Source of the DNA: Octopus bimaculoides
Taxonomy: Eukaryota
Reading direction: 5' to 3'
Length of the DNA stretch: 57,627 nt
Assembly (NCBI RefSeq): GCF_001194135.2
Contig: NC_068991.1
Coordinates: 27,326,817-27,384,443 of the forward strand
Under the pieces are notes generated by a model. That model did no database searches, was not told the origin of the DNA, and was given only the letters and a program-made list of their open reading frames with translations. Below, piece by piece: positions 51,690-57,627 of this stretch; position 1 is the first letter of the stretch; each line of letters opens with the position of its first letter. Position numbers and translations under genes: made by a program.

Positions 51690-54333
51690 CTGCGTTATAA
51701 TATTAATATATACCATTTTATATAGTCATTACAACTCCATGTTTTTTTTAGGCATTTAAAAACACATTCTATTCTACATTATAACATTGATATATTATGT
51801 GTGAATATGTGTGCGCGCGCTCGTGTATGCCTCTGTGTGTGAGTGAAATTATATTCTATTCTCCGTAATAGTATTGATATAACCATGCGATGAACTTCAA
51901 TTAATTCGAAACTGTATAACATTATTTGTAGAGATTTCGTTTATGTAAGTCCTACATTCTACGTATAGCTGAAACTGCATTCTTTTGTGTGTAACGTATA
52001 GATCTTTGAAAATGAAAATGAAATATCCTATTCTACGATGTGACTGAGATAGATGAAACTATATATATTGTTCTTTCTGGAACATTGGCCCTAGAGACAG
52101 ATCACATAAACCTATAAATAATAGTATGTAAATATTCATTTGAAAACCCTTTAAGGTAGAAAAAGTTCTACTATGTTTTCTATTACTTAAGGCTCCACAA
52201 GATATTCGTTATGCTTTTATTGCTAGCAGGTTAGTCTATTCTACTTATCTATTTCTTTTACCGACCCTAGAGAGATGAAAGTTAAATCAACTTAACCAGA
52301 CTGATAGGCAATGAAATTGTAATGCATTTGACTTTCAGCTGTCTTGTTACTTTGCCATTCAGAATTTCAATATGTGCATGCTTTATCTATTACATTAGGT
52401 AATATTTCTCGGTAACTATGTTCCAAAAATAGATTTATTGCAAGTTGTCGCGAAAGTTTATAAGGTTCTTTTGACGTAAACAATTTACGTATTGTGTTTT
52501 ATGCTGAAACATAGAGACTGATAGAGAACCATTCTTTATGTGAAAGCAGTATAAACCCACAAATCTATATAAAATAATTTACTCCTCATATACAATATCA
52601 ATATAGCAGGATTTAAACCGTTCAATACTTGTGTACCCTCCTCAGATTCTCAATTAAATCCTCGACAAAATGTCTTATTTCTCAGTTCAGAAGGCAGAAA
52701 CAGTTGATAGAAATGGTGAAATATCGGCTTGACTAACTATTCAGTAAATTATAATTTACCGTAAAGAAATTTGAAACTTCATATGGGAGGAGCATAGACA
52801 ATTTAATTGTCATTATTTCTTAACTGATTATTTTATTAGACTTCACGAACCCAATTGCATCAAGACCTCTACCTGAACAGGAGCATCATAAGTTGCAGTT
52901 GTCGAACGAACACGTTACTGATCTCACTATTAACCATCTACCATTTCTTCTTTTGTAATTAGTGCTATTATAAATGTTTTTTCACTACTTCTTTTCCACG
53001 ATATATTCGTTACGCTCTTATTGGTAGCAGGTCAAGCGATTCTACTATTCTATTCTTTTTTTTACTGACTACACAGAAATGAAATTTAAATCAACTTAAC
53101 CAAACAAATAGGCAATAAGTTTGCTAAGTGTTTGACTTTCAGCCACCGTATGATTTTACCATTAACAATCTCATAATCGATATCTTTAAATGTGAACATC
53201 TCGGGTCACACATAATCTGAACTTTTGGTCAATCGTTAATGAAACTATTTTTACTCAAAAATCTTTATTTATTTATTTGTTTATTCATTTCAAAAGTTGG
53301 TCGCATAGTTGACGATTAAATGTTTGTTAGTTTAATTAAACAAAGAAAAAACAATGAACTCATTTAATGTTTTGTATGTGAAGATAATTCATAAAATCTA
53401 GTTTATTATTCGCTTGTGGCTTACGTTTTATGTTAATCTTTATCACTAATGCAAATGTGTCATTGTGCAGATTATCCTAATAATTAATGGTGTAAAGATT
53501 TACGAGATTTCACTTACGATCAAGTTACAGGATAAGGTTTTAGTCAATTAAATACGTAACCTGTAGAGCAATGTGTAAATATAGACATTAATATCTTGGT
53601 TTTAAATATACAATAGTACTTTAGTATCTTAGTTCAAATGGCATAGTATCTTAGTTTCTTGAGTGTAAATATAGGTAGTACCTTAATCCTGTAGATGGTC
53701 AATTCATTGATCTCTTTTTCATTACCGAGATAAATATGATTCTTGACAGTAAAGTGTACTTGCCAGATACACACTGTGAAATCTTCAAGCGTCAATCATT
53801 CAGCCATTTGCTCATCACCCAAATGTCTGAACTGACTATTAGTCACATTTGAGGAATTTAGTATTATTGAATAAGTGAGATGCTCTAGTATTCCAGTCCA
53901 CAACTTACCGTACATGACCCTACAGTGTCTTAAACCCTATAAGTTGCTATGTGTCAACGGCCAATGCATTTCACTATTATAGTTTCGACTACAGAAAAAG
54001 TAAGAACAGGCACAAACAGTGATGTACAATTCATTATTAGACATAACGAGAGAGCTGTGTAAGTGATGAATATTTCGTTTATGTAAAAATTGATATTTCA
54101 AGATAGTTCTAAAAATTGGTTCGAAGATCGAATAGCATAATCACTTTCAACGTTCCTCCGACTTTACACTTATTAATCTATTATACTTTTTCGCCCATTT
54201 AACATAAATCAATCAGCAGTGAGAAAACTTGTGATCAAAAGCATTGTACCTAGGACCATCTCATATTTTTCTTGATTCATGTATGACAATATCATTATCA
54301 AATTTGTGCTGTCCTTATCTAAGCCAACAGAGT

Positions 54334-54722
54334 GGAGGCGCAATGGCCCAGTGGTTAGGGCAGCGGACTCGCGGTCATAGGATCGCGGTTTCGATTCCCA
54401 GACCGAGCGTTGTGTTTATTGAGTGAAAACACCTAAAGCTCCACGAGGCTTCGGCAGGGGATGGTAGCGAACCCTGCTGTACTCTTCCACTACAACTTTC
54501 TCTCACTCTTACTTCCTGTTTCTGTTGTGCCTGTAATTCAAGGGGTCAACCTTGTCACACTGTGTCACGCTGAATATCCCCGAGAACTACGTTAAGGGTA
54601 CACGTGTCTGTGGAGAGCTCAGCCACTTGCACGTTAATTTCACGAGCAGGCTGTTCCATTGATCGGATCAACTGGAACCCTCGACGTCGTAAGCGACGGA
54701 GTGCCAACAACAACAATAATTC
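54334..54722 (+). mobile_element. Full-length tRNA-derived SINE with (CAA)n tail and 13-bp TSD
   Basis: Head ggaggcgcaatggcccagtggttagggcagcggactcgcgg...ggtttcgattcc (A/B boxes); AAGCCAACAGAGT at 54321-54333 and 54723-54735. Confidence 0.92.
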
Positions 54723-55196
54723 AAGCCAACAGAGTTGAATTTAAGGGACACGTGGTTGCTATATCTAAACCTACGTCGAATGAACAAAAAGAGGTCTCCA
54801 TTGCACTTTCTTTAGCTCGTTCCCTCAGTTACTCTTGGCTGGGTCTTGACTCTCGCCTACTTCAATTTTAAGGCTGTGGTTACTTAAACTCTACGTCAAG
54901 AGCCTACTTCTTAATTTCCTTTTTCATTCAGCACTATAGACTGCTATGATCATTAATGAATTGAAAAGTATTTTCTCTTACTGCATAATTATTCTTCTCG
55001 TTAAAGCACACACAATAACAGTGGTTCTTTTATTTATTTTCATCAGTTTTATACTGTTTCACTTTTATCGTTTTCGTGTCTTAGATTGATTTTAACTCTA
55101 TAAACTGGAAGCAACAAGGTCTTACATATTCATTATTTATTCATTTTGACAGAAATGTAAGTTCAGTTTGTGTTGTTTATATTTCAGAACAATTTC

Positions 55197-55254
55197 TATT
55201 ATTATTATTGTTGTTGTTACTACTACTACTGCTGCTGCTACTGCTGCTCCTGCA

Positions 55255-55312
<58 letters not shown>

Positions 55313-55350
55313 TCATCATCATCATCATCACCATCACCATCCGCATCATC
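55197..55350. repeat. Compound (ATT)(GTT)(CTA)(CAT) trinucleotide SSR
   Basis: Direct inspection. Confidence 0.9.
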
Positions 55351-56406
55351 ATCGTTATCCTCTTCATTTCTTTTACTTTTTCCGAAAGACAATTGAACTT
55401 TGTTTACTGCACAAAATCGGCAGTTTAGAATTTGGTTTTGAGTGCGCAATAAAGTAACTGAGCGTTTCTGATACAAACAGAAAGCTTTTAAATTAAAGAT
55501 AAGTACTTCAATATAGAAAAAGATAGGGTTATTTCCAGTAATATCGAAGAATTTATTCCAATAGCTTCGATAAATTATATGATGTTATGCCAGGTTTGAT
55601 TTATTTTTCCAAAATCTTCTGTTTGTGTATCTAATAAATTCATATATCTGTTCTAAAATTCTTAAGAACAATAGAGTTGCAGAAGTAGAATTATTGTGAG
55701 AAGTGAAAATCTAACTGTTTGTCCTTTACTTCTTTCTCAGAATGAGTGAAAGAGAGAAAAAGTGGTGGTGTTGTTTTGGTTTGTTGCATATAAAACATGT
55801 AGTATTTGTCTGGAAAGTTCAACCATAAAAAGATAGTTTTGTTTGCTGATGGAGTTAACGTCTCTAAGCTAGAGAGCATCTTACTGTGAGTACTACACAA
55901 CAACATAAGTTGACAGTGAAACATTATTGATTACAGTTTGAAATCAATTTTACTTGTCCTATACTGTTAATAATACTTTGAATGATATAATCTTTTAAAA
56001 TTCTATTTCTTGTGGCTTAAAACACAAGGGGGGTTATGGGAATAAATACTTTCGCATCAGTCATCCGAGCGGGGAAGGGGAGCAAATAATATTTAATAGA
56101 CCCATTATCAAAACTCTAAACAACCTACTATTAAGAGTACAAACACTATGTTATTCAATAATATTTTCAGTTATTTTAGACAGTTTCACTGATTTGAGAT
56201 ATCTTGTATAGTTATTTCGAGCAAACCATGTGATTTCCTATTGACTGCATCGTACACTTAAAGAAGAAAAAAGCTAGTAACCCGAAGATCGAATAGAACC
56301 TAGAGTTTCTCAATGGTTACCCAGCGGGTATATGTCTAATTTATGATCATTGAGGTCTTTCTAAGAATTCACAAAGTAAAAAGTACCTAAAATACCATGC
56401 AGTCTA

Positions 56407-56542
56407 TTCAAATGAATGTCCTCCAACAAACATTTAGAGTAAGCGATGGGTGCTGATTAAAATGGTGTTCAAGGATATGTATATAACCCTAGCCCTAACC
56501 CATCGCTTACTCTAAATGTTTGTTGGAGGACATTCATTTGAA
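56407..56542. repeat. Perfect 45-bp inverted repeat with 46-bp spacer
   Basis: 56407-56451 is the exact reverse complement of 56498-56542. Confidence 0.97.
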
Positions 56543-56549
56543 AAAATGT

Positions 56550-56845
56550 CGATATTGACAAATATTCTGGGAGGCCCGCAACCAGCGGAACTGAGAAAGA
56601 CATCGCAGATGCGCATGCAGCTGTGAGGGAAATTCGTCGAATCACCGTCCGTGAGTTATCAAAGAATATTCAGATTCGCTATGGTTCAGTTAAGTCCATT
56701 ATCACCGAAGATGGGATGGATGTCTGTCAAGTTTGTGCCAAAACAACTTTCAGCTGACCAAAAAGATTCTTGGGTTTCAGTTACACAAGATTTCCTTGAT
56801 TGTGCCGAGAACGATAAAATCCTTTTGAAAACTTTTCGGAAGCTT
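56550..56845 (+). mobile_element. Mariner transposase N-terminal fragment
   Basis: DKYSGRPATSGTEKDIA...RRITVRELS...SVKSII; SVKFVPKQLSADQKDSWVSVTQDFL (WVPHEL-equivalent motif). Confidence 0.8.
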
Positions 56846-56984
56846 CTGAGCGGGTATATGCCAAGCTTTTGTTAAATTTTGATGCGAATTCTCTGCTCAA
56901 CTTTCTCTGTCATGGTCAACGTGACGACCACACGCTATACAAGTTTCTTCCAAGCAATGCTGTAAACAGTAGAAGTGAGGAAAA

Positions 56985-57042
<58 letters not shown>

Positions 57043-57093
57043 NNNNNNNNNNNNNNNNNNNNNNNNNNNNNNNNNNNNNNNNNNNNNNNNNNN

Positions 57094-57133
<40 letters not shown>

Positions 57134-57627
57134 TATATACTGTTCTATTTCGGGATGGTCTTTTTTTGCCAAATAAACACACGCACTATATATTCATTCT
57201 TCACTTGTTTATTACTGTTCTTATTCTATCTCATCTTCATTGTCCGAAAATTTGTCGTCACACACCTGTGACCTCTTCAGCGACACTTTCCGTCTTTGTG
57301 TGTGCTCTCGTTCCGCTTATTTCAAGATTTCTGGACAATGACCATGAATAAGAAGAATAATACACGAGCGAAAACGGAATGTAATCCTCTAAATCCTTAT
57401 GTACTTTGTACTTCTATATGTAAACCATGTTGGCAAAATAACATAGTCTGCCATAGACACCTGTGCTTTGGTTCTTTCTTTCTTTTTCTTTCTTTTTTTG
57501 TCACTTTTGCTATGAATTAAATTAATTAATTCAACGGGATACACCGTCTGCAAGTAGTTGGGTTCAGCATATTATCCTCCATTTTCTAATTGTTATACAA
57601 ATTTTGGGTAAAACCTCCACTTTTACC

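Noticed and set aside
54334-54410. tRNA-like sequence
   Set aside because: It is the head of a SINE with body, tail and TSD, not a tRNA gene.

Overview
AT-rich, microsatellite-dense eukaryotic DNA with many assembly gaps. The SINE families, (TAA)n-tailed R4/Dong LINEs, mariners and SSR density suggest an octopus or other coleoid cephalopod genome (inference from memory, not a database match). I found no intact host protein-coding gene; almost every ORF in the track is a microsatellite or gap artefact or a transposon relic. Recognisable content: a decayed Tx1/L1-clade LINE (1-1.9 kb, minus); several R4/Dong LINE fragments joined by (TAA)n; a ~0.9-kb LTR with polypurine tract; four mariner transposase relics and a mariner MITE; a decayed Helitron apparently missing its Rep nuclease core (38-40.8 kb); a Helentron-type HINE; RTE and CR1-like fragments; and over 10 tRNA-derived SINEs, two with clear target-site duplications. 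The most unusual structures are a 1-kb fold-back element wrapping a degenerate TTAGGG array, a perfect 45-bp inverted repeat with a telomere-like spacer, a 3' tail shared by the Tx1 LINE and a dimeric SINE, a candidate minus-strand spliced transcript with a 74-aa ORF, two unassigned decayed ORFs, and three old local duplications. None of these is established as a new biological system from sequence alone. Element boundaries are approximate unless a TSD or TIR is quoted.
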